Below are positions 23,901 through 37,526 of a stretch of 64,000 bases of DNA, piece after piece. How positions within the stretch are numbered: the stretch's first letter is position 1; each line of letters starts with the position of its first letter. The stretch is taken from positions 26,956,795 through 27,020,794 of the forward strand of contig NC_092670.1 of assembly GCF_964355755.1 (NCBI RefSeq), in the 5' to 3' direction. This stretch comes from Antedon mediterranea. Lineage: Eukaryota; Animalia; Echinodermata. A program made the translations under genes and the position numbers. Under the pieces are notes generated by a model. The model was not told the DNA's origin and ran no database searches. It saw only the letters and a program-made list of their open reading frames with translations.

Positions 23901-26870
23901 TAAAACGCGCGCAAATGGTGTAAATCAACGTGTTCGTATGACGTCATTTTAATTTGAAATGATGTCAATCTTTTTTAAAATAACTAGGAAAGACTGTCAA
24001 ATCATAATTCAAGAGAAAAACACATGTTTTTCGTGCTCCGTGCGCACCTTACGCGTAATTTTTTTCGCGCGCGTGGGAATTTTTGACATGCTCAAAATGT
24101 CATGATCAGCGTAGAAAGTTGATTAGAAATTAATTTTGCGCATTTTTAAATTTTAAATGCGCATGCGCGCGTAACTTCTTGTGAAACATGTCATTTTTAA
24201 TCCATAGAAAGTTTGCCCTCACAAGTTTGCCCTCACAACATTCGATTGGCACAATTTACACATGATTTTGTATCTAAAATACAATAGCTTCCTGAAAGGG
24301 TTTTAATCGTGATTATCACATTTTATTGTTACGAGGTATAATAGATTAAAATTTACCCTAAAGATGAAATTAATGACCAACGTAATTTAAATTTTTAGGC
24401 ATGATGACGTTAAAAAAATTAAAAAATATTTAATTCATGCAAAAGATAGTTGATTGACCTAGAATATATTAAAATCGGGGTGAAAATGGACAACGAATAA
24501 GTGGAGATGCGCTCTATTAAATGTGATGAGCTATGACGAAAGAGACAAAAATCCTATATTTTATATTCGCGTGGCCATACGATGACGTCACAATGTCCGG
24601 TTAGCCATATTAATGCATGATTCGATATCTACAACTCATCAACTTCCAGAATATGTAATTAAAAAAAAGTTATCCATGTAGTTTAGAATCTATGACTGTT
24701 TAAAAATAGGCATAATTTTGACGAATTTTTGAACTTTTTCACCAGAAACGCGTGCAAATTATTTAATTCGACGTGCTCGTATGACGTAATTTTAAGTCGA
24801 AATTGTTTAAAAGTTGGTAACATTACTATAAAAGGCTGAAAAAACATAAATCACGCGAAAAAAATATGTTTTTAACGCTACGTGTGCACCGCGTGCGTAA
24901 AAAGTTTCGCGCGCGTGGGAATTTTTGACATGCTCAAAATGACATGAAACGCATAGAAAGTTGATTAGAAGTTGATTTTTTGCACTCTAAAATTTTAAAC
25001 GCGCGTGCGCGCGTAACTTTTTGTGAAACATGCTATTTTTAATCCATAGAAAGTTTGCGCTTGATGTTACTTAAATTTTCACAAAGTGTCAAAACAAAAT
25101 TATGTTTCGTTTTTAGTCTATGATCAATCATTGAAATTCATAAAATCGCGCGTAAGTCACATTGCGCAACTCTGATGTCATTCAAAAATAGGAGGTGCAC
25201 AAGTTCACGTAAATGTCGATATGTTGACAAAGTTACGATATGTTCTGTTTACATACGTTTTAGAGAAACGCGACGCACAAAAATGACAGAAGGAAAGAAG
25301 TATAATACAGGAAAAAAAAAAAAAAAATATGATGAAACAGGACGATTACAAGGAGTTATCCGCTACTAAGCGGATAACTAATAACAAAGAAGATGAAAAA
25401 GATATTTACAATCACAAGGGTTATCTGCAACTTTACAAGTTGCGGATAACCAATTATCTGCAACTTTAAAGTTGCGGATAACCAAAAAACTAGATTTGAA
25501 CTCGTCACTTTGACGAGTTCGGGTTATCCGCGCATACGCAACATGCACATACTTTAAACTATATGAACCTCGACAATTATTATGCCATCCTTTGACATGA
25601 AATAAATATGTTTACAGTGCTGAATTGTACCTATTTTGTAGCATACATCATATTACAGTGTTTACAGAATACACTGTATATGTTATATACAGTGTAGCAT
25701 AGACGGAATTACGATCTTTTAAATCCAATTATTAACACGAGACATCATCAAATTGACATATAAAAATAACAATTTTAGAAGATAATTATCTAATTAATTA
25801 CATTAATACAAATTTGAAGAATTTTGGGCACGTAAAAGTGAGATGCGCCCTCGTTTAAATGCAATGAACTTTTACGCAAGAGGTGAAAATACGACTTTTT
25901 TTATTCAATTGGCCATATGATGACGTCACAACATCTGATTGGCAAAATGTTCACATGATTTCGTATCTACAATCCAATAGCTTCCAGAAAACGTTTTAAT
26001 CATGATTATCACTTTTTATTTAGACGAGCTATAACAGATTAAAATTTACTGTAAAGATGAAAATAAGTGACCCACGTTATTTACATTTTCAGACATGATG
26101 ACGTGATAACAATTAAAATGTTTTTAACTCATGCGAAAGATAGTTGATTGACGTAGACAATAATAAAATCTTGGAGGAAATGGAATACGTATAAGCGAGA
26201 TGCGCTCAGTTGAATATGATGAGCAATAATCTGTTTTAAAATGACTAGGAAAGGCTGTAAAATCATAATTCAAGAGAAAAACACATGATTTTCATGCTCC
26301 GTGCGCACCTTACGTGTAAAATTTGAAACATGCCATTTTTAATCCATAGAAAGATTGCCCTTGTCATGACTTAAATTTTCTCCACATGTCAATACAAAAT
26401 GACTTTTGGTTTATAATCTATGATCAATCATTGAAATTCATAAAATTGCGCGTAACTTACGCTGCGCGACTCTAATGTCATATCACGAAGTTTCTTGCAC
26501 ATCTACAGCTACAGGTCAATCTTTTGACAAAGTTATACAAAGTTATGTTCACAAGCAATAGAGATATGCTGGTCACAAAAATCCGGGAAAGAAAGAAGAA
26601 TAACAAAGAAGATGATGAAGAAAAAGATATTTACAATCACAAGGGTTATCCGCAACTTCTAAGTAAAAAAAAAAAAAGTGGATGAAACAGGACAGTTACA
26701 AGGAGTTATCCGCTCAATGTGGATAACTAATAATACATTAAAAAAAGTGGATGAAACAGGACAGTTACAAGGAGTTATCCGCTGAATGCGGATAACTGAA
26801 AAAAAGAGGAGGATGATGATGATTTCGTACAATCACAAGAAGTTATCCTGCAACTTCGTTGCGGATAACT
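17915..26870 (-). mobile_element. Cluster of 5 nested/tandem Helentron/HINE-like non-autonomous rolling-circle elements
   Basis: On the minus strand, units end with subTIR GCGGATAAC, hairpin GAACTCGTCA-AAG-TGACGAGTTC and CTAG-T (CTAG at 17915, 19065, 20591 [hairpin partly deleted], 22941, 25490). Palindromic 5' tips GTTATCCGC...GCGGATAAC are stacked at 25330-25485 and 26640-26870. Units 20591-22940 and 22941-25310 are highly similar. Confidence 0.8.
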
Positions 26871-27478
26871 AAAAAAATTATTAAAAATAATTTAAAAATT
26901 AGAAACGTTAATGGGCCCGGTCGACTTTGCATTGGGACGATTTGAGATAGGGCTACTTGACTGGATCCGGCTAGGTCTACGCCTATCGTATTATTAGCCT
27001 TATCGTAATGGAACTAGGCCACATGCAGCCATTTTGAATTTATGGAAATAGATAATTACTAATAAACAACCCAGTTAATCCTGACAAAAATGATTTCAGG
27101 AGTGTTAACACTTTGACTGCCAAACACAAAGATCTTCGTTTTTGAAAACACAACGCTTGACTGCCAAACACGAAGATCTTCATGTTTCGTGTTTTTTTAC
27201 GAAATCCGGTAGATATGTTAATTATTGGTATATTAGTATACATATGGACACTATATTCGGTCTGGACCGTCAATATTTTACTATTTGAAAATAACTAATC
27301 CGGTTAAAATGGTACCTGTCGAAATAACATACACCGCGCATCACAGTAGCGCGTAGAGCGATGGCTTGGCACATTGTGTATCGGTCGCACGCTAGCTATG
27401 CTGCCGCCGAAGCATTACAAAGGTTTTTGTGGATTGGCATGTTTGTTAATTATCTGAATAAAAAATAATGGAGTCATT

Positions 27479-30400
27479 TAGTCCATGGGCCAGGTCCAGT
27501 TTTTTGCGAAAGCAGTATCAAATTGGTGGCAAATGCTACCATACATTTTTGGAAAGCTTAATATGTCTACTTTTCAGAAATCCATGATAGCAATGCCAAT
27601 TGTACAGCTTAATAGTAATTTTTTAGGATTATATAACACCGCCTACGGAAAATATGCACCACAAAATTTTGGGGTAGGGGGTAACACTTTTGCTAATAAC
27701 TCGGGATTTAATGAACAGATTTGCATTTTCTTGGTATCAATATGTAGTGTATAGACTGCTTAAGTGTAATATATTTTTCTAAGTAAATCCAACAATTATT
27801 GACGCTATTAGAGATCAGAAGGTCATTGAACTTTAGTAAAAAATTATTTTTTGTCTAATATTAACTTATAACTTTCAGTTTTTTACACAAAAAAATACAA
27901 TAGATGTTATGCAAACTGATGTTTTCATGAACATATAGACCCAATAAAGAAGAAAATTGAAGTTAAAGATTAACAAAATATGAATATGCTGTGTATTATG
28001 AAGAAATTTGTTGTTTTTAGTAATTTGTAATCGTTTACAATTATGGGGTAGGGGGTAACATTTTTGCGAATAACTTACAATTTAGTTAACAGATTTGCAT
28101 TTTCTTGCTATCAGTATGTAGTGTATAGATTGCCTAATTGTAATATACTTTTTAAAAATGAATCCCGCATTTATTGACATCTTTAGAGGTCAAAAGGTCA
28201 CTGACCTTTAATAAAAAATGCAATTTCTTCTAAATTAGCTTATAAATTTCAATTTTAAACACAAAAATACAGGAAATCTTATGCAAACTAATGTTTTCTT
28301 AAACCTATAGACACAATAAATAAGAAAATTGAATTTAACATTTTTTCTAAATTGAATATGCTGTGCATTATAACGAATGTTTTTCGTCATTAGTTATCTT
28401 TGACAATAATGGGGTAGGGGGTAACGTTTTTGCAAATAACTTAAGATTTAGTGAACAGATTTACATTTTCTTGTTATCAGTATGTAGTGTATGGATTTCT
28501 TTATTGTAATATGCTTTTAAAAAATGAATCGAACATCTATTGATGTCTTTTAGAGGTCAAAAGTCAATAACCTTTAATCAAAAATGCAATTTCTTCTAAA
28601 TTAGCTTATAAATTTCAATTTTAAACACAAAAATACAAGATATCTTATGCAAACTAATGTTTTCTTAAGCCTATAGACACAATAAATAAGAAAATTGAAT
28701 TTAACAAACAAATATTCTGTGAATTTATGAGGACATTCTGTCTGTTAATAGTATTATTATTAACAATTATAGGGTAAGGGGTTACATTTTTCCTAATAAC
28801 TTTGTATTTAGTGATCACATTTGCATATTTTTGGTATTAATATGTACTGCGTAGGTTGCCTAATTGTTATATTCATTGTGAAAAAATAAAACGTAACATA
28901 TATTGACATCATTGTAGGTCAAATGGTCATTGAACATTTAAAGAAATGCAATTTCGTCCAAATTTAACATTAATAAAGTTTCAATATTTAACGCAAAAAT
29001 ACACCAAATCTAAATTTTTTTTTAAAGCTATAAAAACAATGGACAAGAAATTGAAGTTAAAGATTAAAAACAAATAAACATGTGTAATAATATTAGGAAT
29101 TGTGACCGTAATAGTAATTTGTAATTATTAAAAATTATGGGGTAAGGGGTAACATTTTTGGTAATAACTTTGAATTTAGTCTACATATTTTGCATTTCTA
29201 GGAACCAATAAGTAGTATATAAACTGTTTAATTGCTATATATTAAAAAATTATCAAAATGTTATTACCAATAGATTTATGTGGTTTTTAACTTATTAAAC
29301 CTATAGGAAAAAATTCACCGTTTAGTATTGTTATGGGGTACGAAATAACAAAATGCATGACTTTTTGGAAGCTATACATTATTTGATTTATTATTTATTA
29401 AAATAAATGAAATTTAAATATGAGGATATTAAATAAACATATCCAGGTTCTGTGTTGTAAATTGTTTTTTATAATTTACATTCTAAACATTCAATTGTCT
29501 ATAGTAATCATAGAAATTGTTTAGATTACCAATTATATCTTTTATTTGTAACTGATAAGATATTCTAAGGTTATAATTGTTCATCTGGTTTGCAAATGCA
29601 AATGAGATAGTTTTTTCTAAACAAAACTGTTATGGTATTGTAATATTACAGGACAATTACATTTTACTTCATCTTGATTTAAAGAAAACAGTTAGTTTAT
29701 TCAAACTCATTAATATGTCAATTTTTTAGATTTTCATATTAGCTGCAGTTCCACATCTTCCACATACGTTTGAAAGAACTGAGTATCTCTATGTTTTCAT
29801 ATCGCAGTTTAAAGTATGTTCCATGTATCTTGGCATGGTCGAAGGTGGTTGTAAGTTTTCCCCATTTTGATCAAGGTTACCATTAATATCTATTAACCAA
29901 TGTTTTAACCAAGAACACTGGTGCAGCATGTTACGGTCTTCAGTCTCTTTGTATTTTCTGGACTCCTGGAAAGGACCCAAAATATTGTGTCGAGAGAGAC
30001 ATTGACATGGAAATTAACAATTATATTGGAGGATAACTCTGACACAACCACCTAAAGTTAGGTGAGAAGGTCCAGTCAATACAATTTAGACAGGAAGGAA
30101 AAATCTTATCTGGTACATCTTCAGAAGAGAGTCATGCATACTTTACATTTTCCTCATTGCTCACAGACGCCACTGAGCCAAATAGTGTTTCTATCCATTG
30201 TTGGATGCCCTTCACATCTTTAGAGAATACAGACTGAAGACTATAACGTGCTGTACCAGTGTACTTGGTTCTAGTATTTTCGTCAGCTTTTTCATAACAT
30301 TTTAAAAGATATTAACGGTAACGTTGATCAAAATCGGAAAACTTGCAAAGTATCACATTCCAAAATGTCAATGAACATTGCACAAGATCATACTTCAGTT

Positions 30401-32999
30401 TGCGATAACAAAATCATGTCTTTTAAAGATTTCTATATATACCCAGTTGTTTTAAATGATGTAGGCTTTACTGGAATTTGACGATGTAATATAATAGAAT
30501 TAATTTTTCAAGAAAGTGTGAATTGCTAAACTGCAGCTGATATGCAGATCAGAAACATTTACATATTGTTACGGAGTTCGTTTTTGTAAACCAAGATACA
30601 GGAAAATGTCAGATGAACATTTATAGAAAAAGAATATCTTTTAAATACTGTACAAATTTAATTGGTAGGCCCTAGTGTCATTTTTAAAATTACTATATAA
30701 GTCGATTAATTGATTTAAAGTACAATCTGTAAAATAATAACAATTTACATATACAGTATAGCCTAAAAACAGTAGCGAGCCGTAGGATGTATTTAAAAAA
30801 TAACCAAATACCCTATCTAAAGTAGTGGAGCTGTAGCTTGGTGGTTAACATGCTTGCCTTCCAATCCAAAGTTCCGTGGTTCAATCCTGACCTAGTGCCA
30901 GGCTTGTAACTCACGACTCTTTCAACTCCACTCCTTAAGCCTTAAGTGAGACTTAGTTTATAATCACGATAAATTATAAAATAGTTTATCCACCCTGTAA
31001 TTTCACGATGAAATATATGTTTTTATAAAACTCCTATCCTCATATTAAAACAAAATCATTAATTTTTTTTTCAATAATTTATACCCTCCAACAAGTCATG
31101 CATAATGTGTGCATTGTGTACCCCACAACAACACTAAATACTAACATTTTATCTACAGGCTTTAAATAAAACTACACAACCACTATTATTTGAGATCAAA
31201 ATGTTGCATAATTTTTGAATATAACAATTTTTGATTAAACAGTTTATACAGTACCCTACTTATTGTTACCAAGAAATGCAAAATATGTTCAATAAATTCA
31301 AAGTTATTAGCGAAAATGTTACCCCTTATCCCATAATTTTTAAGGATTACAAATTACTAATACGGTCAAAATTCTTCATATTGTTAGGGCCTATACATGT
31401 TTATTTGTGTTTAATCTTTAACTTTAATTTGTATTTGTACATTGTCTTTATAGGTTTAAAAAAAAACACCAGTTTGTAATAGATTTGTTGTATTTTTGTG
31501 TTTAAAATTGAAACTTTATTAATGTTAAATTTGGACGAAATTGTATTTTTTGTTAATGTTCAATGATCCTTTGACCTACAATGATGTCAATATGTTACGT
31601 TTTATTTTTTCAACATGAATATAACAATTAGGCAACCTACACAGTACATTATTAATACAAAAAAATGCAAATTTGATCACTAAATACAAAGTTATTAGAA
31701 AAAATGTTGCCCCTTACCCTATAATTGTTAATAACAAATTATTAGTAACGGACAAAATTTCTTCATAAATTCATAGAATATTTGTTTGTTTAATTTCAAT
31801 TTTCTTATTCATTGTGTCTATATGTTTAGGAAAACATCAACATAAGATCTTTTGTAAGTTTGTGTTTAAAATTGAAATGTATAAGTTAATTTAGAAGAAA
31901 TTGCATTTTTGATTGAAGGTCATTGACCTTTTGACCTCTAAAGACGTCAATAGATGCTGGATTCATTTAAAAAAAATATATTACAATAATGAAATCCATA
32001 CACTACATAATGATAACATGAAAATGTAAATCTGTTCACTAAATCTTAAGTTATTTGCAAAAACGTTACCCCCTACCCCATAATTGTCACAAATTACTAA
32101 TGACGAACAAGTTTCTTTATAATGCACAGCATATTCAATTTAGAAAAAATGTTAAATTCAATTTTCTTATTTATTGTGTCTATAGGTTTAAGAAAACATT
32201 AGTTTGCATAAGATTTCCTGTTTTTTGTGTTTAAAATTGAAATTTATAAGCTAATTTAGAAGAAATTGCATTTTTTATTAAAGGTCAGTGACCTTTTGAC
32301 CTCTAAAGATGTCAACAAATGCGGGATTCATTTTTAAAAAGTATATTACAATTAGGCAATCTATACACTACATATTGATAGCAAGAAAATGCAAATCTGT
32401 TAACTAAATTGTAAGTTATTCGCAAAAATGTTACCCCCTACCCCATAATTGTAAACGATTACAAATTACTAAAAACAACAAATTTCTTCATAATACACAG
32501 CATATTCATATTTTGTTAATCTTTAACTTCAATTTTCTTGTTTATTGGGTCTATATGTTCATGAAAACATCAGTTTGCATAACATCTATTGTATTTTTTT
32601 TGTTAAAAACTGAAAGTTATACGTTAATATTAGACAAAAAATCATTTTTTATTAAAGTTCAATGACCTTCTGACCTCTAATGGCGTCAATAATTGTTGGA
32701 TTTACTTAGAAAAATATATTACACTTAAGCTGTCTATACAATACATATTGATACCAAGAAAATGCAAATCTGTTCATTAAATCCTGAGTTATTAGCAAAA
32801 GTGTTACCCCCTACCCCAAAATTTTGTGGTGCATATTTTCCGTAGGCGGTGTTATATAATCCTCAAAAATGACTATTAAGCTGTACAATTGGCATTGCTA
32901 TCATGGATTTCTGAAAAGTAGACATATTAAGCTTTCCAAAAATGTATGGTAGCATTTGCCACCAATTTGATACCGAAAAAATGTCTGGCCCATGGACTA
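27479..32999. mobile_element. 5.5-kb foldback DNA element: ~2.4-2.7-kb inverted arms made of ~370-bp tandem repeats
   Basis: Termini TAGTCCATGGGCCAG / CTGGCCCATGGACTA flanked by ATT. The GGGGTAGGGGGTAAC marker occurs at ~27671, 28045, 28411, 28771 and 29139 and is mirrored on the right arm. Confidence 0.9.
30826..30960 (+). repeat. tRNA(Gly-like)-derived SINE/pseudo-tRNA inserted in the foldback right arm
   Basis: TAGCTTGGTGG A-box, GCCTTCCAA anticodon-like loop and GGTTCAATCC B-box; stems are poorly paired; absent from the left arm. Confidence 0.6.
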
Positions 33000-33240
33000 A
33001 TTTTCAATATGAAGTATTTAATTTTATCATTGTATGTATACCCTAATTGTGTTGGTGTTTCATTGTAAGTGACCGAGTTTCACACAACAAACTTGTTTAG
33101 AAATGGTATGGATATTATCATCAGTTTACTAGGCTAGTAGTACCAACTTTAGGCCTGGTTAACTAGGCCTGATGTCTTTACTATGTGGATTGTGGCGAAA
33201 AATCGATGTAAGATTTATGATTTATAAAATGTAATACATT

Positions 33241-35591
33241 TGATACTGAATGTGTCGACACGAACAAACGAACAGATATGAAACGCCAAGAGTGCATCAT
33301 TAAAACTGCATTCGACTCGATTAGCACACGAAATATCATAAACATGGAAAACCAGGTCCAAACGGCCCCTTTTTCAGCGGCTGGTAAGGTTTGCTCAGTG
33401 GATTGGTCATCGTTAACCAAAATAATCAAATCAAATCAAATCAAGGCTATCTGTATGTTTGCCAAAAGATGGCGGCCAACAACATGACTATATTTTATGT
33501 TGCCAGATCTACAGGTATGTAACTAGCTAGAGAGAATTTGTTCAGAATACATCATTACTCTAATGGATTTTTTCTCGAAAAATGACTGGAAGTATCACTT
33601 TTGATCTTTGACCTGATTATAATATAATTACCATATTTAAATTAACCTAAAACGATTGTTTTTCCTTTTTAAATGTTCGCACTTGGTGAGTGGACCAATT
33701 TACAGAAGATAAAAATGAGGGCCGCCATACCCCCAAAAATACAAATTAGGTTTTAAGATAGTGTTCTCCTATCTATGCAACTATTCGTCGTAGAGAATTG
33801 TAATTTGAATAGAATTGTTCAGCATGTGCATTATATTTACTGTAATCGAAAATATGAGGAAGTGTTACTTTTGATCTTTGACACGAAATTAATTAAATTA
33901 TAATTATTAATATGTTAATTAGCGTGATGCAACGATTTAAAGGCAACTACGAAGAAAAAAGTATTGTTATTCCAGAATTGCGTAGAGTAGGAGTTAATTT
34001 CAAATAATATTCTTTGTTATTTCCATTTTTGTTTAGTTTTTATTTTATTAGTTATTATCATTCTTTATTCTGTTCTTTATTCTATCCGTAATTGATCAGG
34101 ATTTTGCAGTATATAGGAAAATATATGTTGTATGATAAATGGTCAGATTATGGACGTATAATTAGACGTCCATGGGTCAGATGAATATTGGTTATTATCT
34201 TTTCTGTTCTTTATTCTGCCCGCAATTGATCAGGATTTTGCAGTATGTAGGAAAATATATGTTGTATAAATAGGCCTGTGTATAAAAGATGAATGGTCAG
34301 ATGGATATAGATAAGAGAAGTATGTCTGTTGTTAATGATGTTATTAATAAGTTATTGTGCTATATTTGTTTTCATAAAATGTCAGCAATTATGTTTTTGT
34401 GAATTAATGAGTATTCGTTATTTTAGGCCTAAAACAAATTGTCATGTTGCTCAAGCAGAATATTTGTTTTTTAAATTTGGATCGGTTGATCGGGATTTTT
34501 TTTAAGTCACTAAAGACTACAAGGACACTATTTATACAATAGTGTCTGAACAATCTACACACGGTTTGCTTTATACGTCAACAGTTGGCGAATCTAGTGC
34601 AGCGGATCCGGAGACTTGGTAAAATAGTGTCCGCGTGTGACTAGGGAGAATGCATTAGACCTAAAATTCATTGACTTATAATGTTAAATAGAGGGCACAA
34701 TTTTTAAAATGTGTTTGTCTATAGCCAAAATTGATAAAATAAAATTACAGTTTAGAAGGCTCTTTTTAAAACAAAAAAGGCTCTTTTTAAAACAAAAAAG
34801 GCTCATCAAACAAAGAATGTAATACAGTACAATTATAAAGTAAAAAAGTCCCTCAAAAGCAAAAAGAAAGAAAACCGCCGATTTTGGGTAACATAAATCT
34901 CTGAACATTAAAAAAAACAACCTGTAGAAACTATGCAGAATCAACAAAAGTATGTTATGGTGATTCAAATAATAAACGCTAGTTGCAGCAAAGTTTCCCG
35001 TAGATTGAGTTATTAAAATGTCAGTCACTAATGTTAGCCTATATTACGAAAAATGTATCCGTCCGTTTTATAAATCTATTGAGCATTGTTCATAATACGT
35101 TATGTTTATCATGTTCTATAACCAATCACACAATCAATTTATTTTTTCCAAATAAATGCAGTTTACAAATGGAGATAAACAAGATTAATTAAATTGAAGA
35201 AGGCATGATCCAAAAGCAGATGCTTGTGGCAGACATGCCTGTAAACAAAGATGGTATTTCGACAAACATATTAAAAATAAATTAAAAAGAAATAAATTGG
35301 TTAAACCATGGACGTATAATTATATCTCGTCTTCTTATAACGAACACTATAGGCCTACCAAGCAGCGTGTTGCGAACATGTGCATGGGGAGGGCCATAAG
35401 AAAACTTTACATTTCACACATGCATTGTATACGGTCAAACCAATTAACCCGCCGCTGAAAAAGGGGCCGTTTTGACCTGGTTTGCCATGTTTATGATATT
35501 TCGTGTGCTAATCGAGTCAAATGCAGTTTTAATGATGCACTCTTGGCGTTCCATATCTGTTCATTTGTTCGTGTCGACACATTCAGTATCA
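33241..35591. mobile_element. Non-autonomous element with ~145-bp inverted repeats
   Basis: 33241-33385 is the reverse complement of ~35450-35591 (TGATACTGAATGTGTCGACACG...). Internal direct repeats at ~33540/33810 and ~34060/34190. No clear TSD. Confidence 0.65.
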
Positions 35592-37526
35592 CATGGCGAT
35601 ATTTCTGTATTTTTTCAATCAATTGCTTGCTTGCGAGTATTATATAAGGTATGGTTTAAAGATCTTTGGTTATGTTCGGCTTCGGGATGTTATACCACAC
35701 TTAGGCCCCGGCTACGCTATATGGGTCGTCGGTTTCGTGTTATGGGTCGTCCAATTCTAGGTCGTCCAATTCGAAGTCACCCGGGTCGTTGGGTTCGTCC
35801 AATTCGAGGTCGTCGCTTTCTACACATCCTATTTTAATATTGTGATGTCTTGCACAAAATCGCGAATATCTCGACTTTCTTGCGCGAAACTACGAAAAAC
35901 TTAAAAAGTAGGTTACATTTATTTTTCTTTTATGATTTACATATTGTGATTTGAAAATCGTACTTGGTACCATTGTAAAGCTAAAATCCTTATGATTATT
36001 TTAGTCTAAATTACATATCAATCAGATTACATACATAGTTTCAGTCGACTTTAATAAAAACGCTGGCATTGGCAGTTTCTAACTGGAAAAACCTCTGGAA
36101 AATGGTCTTTAAGTTATAATTAATAGTCACATAATTTTTCAGTACCATGGGCGGTCCGAGTGCTTCAGCCGTTCTCCGGGTTTATAGTAGGACTGTTTTT
36201 TGTAGTCAAGTTTAATAACATTTTATAGTAATAAATTACTAAAAAAATGAACTTTATGCAATTATTATTTAAAAAACTTTTTATTTCATGCATTTGCCAA
36301 TTAGCCAACAGATGATGCAATTCATTTACATCGTTTGCGTGGTTAAAAAATGATCATAGTTGTTATGTCATTACTATAAATGATGCAAAGTATATTTAGC
36401 ATCATGTAAACCCAAGACCTTTCGCAGTGTTAACAGTCCTTTGTAGGTTTTCCCGGATTGCTGCAATCTTCACTATATCTAATTTACATACAATGACCAA
36501 AAAAAAAAAATGTTTTTTTCTTTTGTTTTTTCATTAAATAAAAGTATGGTTATTATTTTTTTGATTTCAAGAAATATTATTTAAGTACATACACAGTATT
36601 TTTTATTGTCAGGTATAATGATGTGAGCAGACAGTTGCTAGTGTGTCTCTTCATGTGTGAGAGGGTGATATTTTGATTACGTTTAGATTAAAGGCCAGGT
36701 GCGGGCAAAAAATTTCTATTGATCATACATTCCAATAAGTATCGACCTATAGTTCCCCTATGTTTCATAATTTTTGGGATTTTATTTGTGTTACACAAGC
36801 TTGTTAAAAATAAGCACTTTCTTATAGAGGCAATTTAAAAAACTATGAAAAATAAACGGTGGGTCAAAAAATGTTATCAGATGACTAAATATAGGTAATA
36901 TAACTTGAATTTGACATTTCTGGTATTTTGATTCAACTTCAGATTTTTATTTTCATGCTAAAGCAAAAATTATCCACCGTATATCCACCATCTTTTTTCA
37001 CCTTCTAGGGAGTCACCAGACATGTTATTACATTAGGTTCAACTACCTAACTACTTCCTGGTTTTTATGGCAGAATTTTGCCAAAATTTGTATTTGACTA
37101 TATTAAGGGAAATTCATGTTCTTTTGTCTTGATTTCAGTTAAAAATATTTGATTTATGTAGAAATAACCAGATATTATATTTAAAATTCATGCATGTACC
37201 TGAGCTTTAACACAGGGGTTGCCATTTGGCACTGTAATACAAGCAACCTGTGTCATTCTTGGGTAGTCAAGTGCTAATAGAACATTTTCTGGACACGACA
37301 GATTGTTTTTAGCTCGGTTATGGCAAAGGGGTATAGGTCAGACTAGGGTTGGTTCAGTTTATGGTATTAAATCTGTTATTGTTTGCTGCACCTGAAAACC
37401 TAACCCTAATAAAGATAGTCTGATCTATGTTAAAAAGTGTACTACGGTTACCCGTGTACTACTAGTGCAATTATTTTAATTGTTTTTTCTTTAGTTAAAT
37501 TTGGTATTGTTTCTTTTCTTTTTTAG

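Noticed and set aside
30826-30900. Functional tRNA-Gly gene
   Set aside because: Acceptor and anticodon stems do not pair properly; treated as a SINE head.
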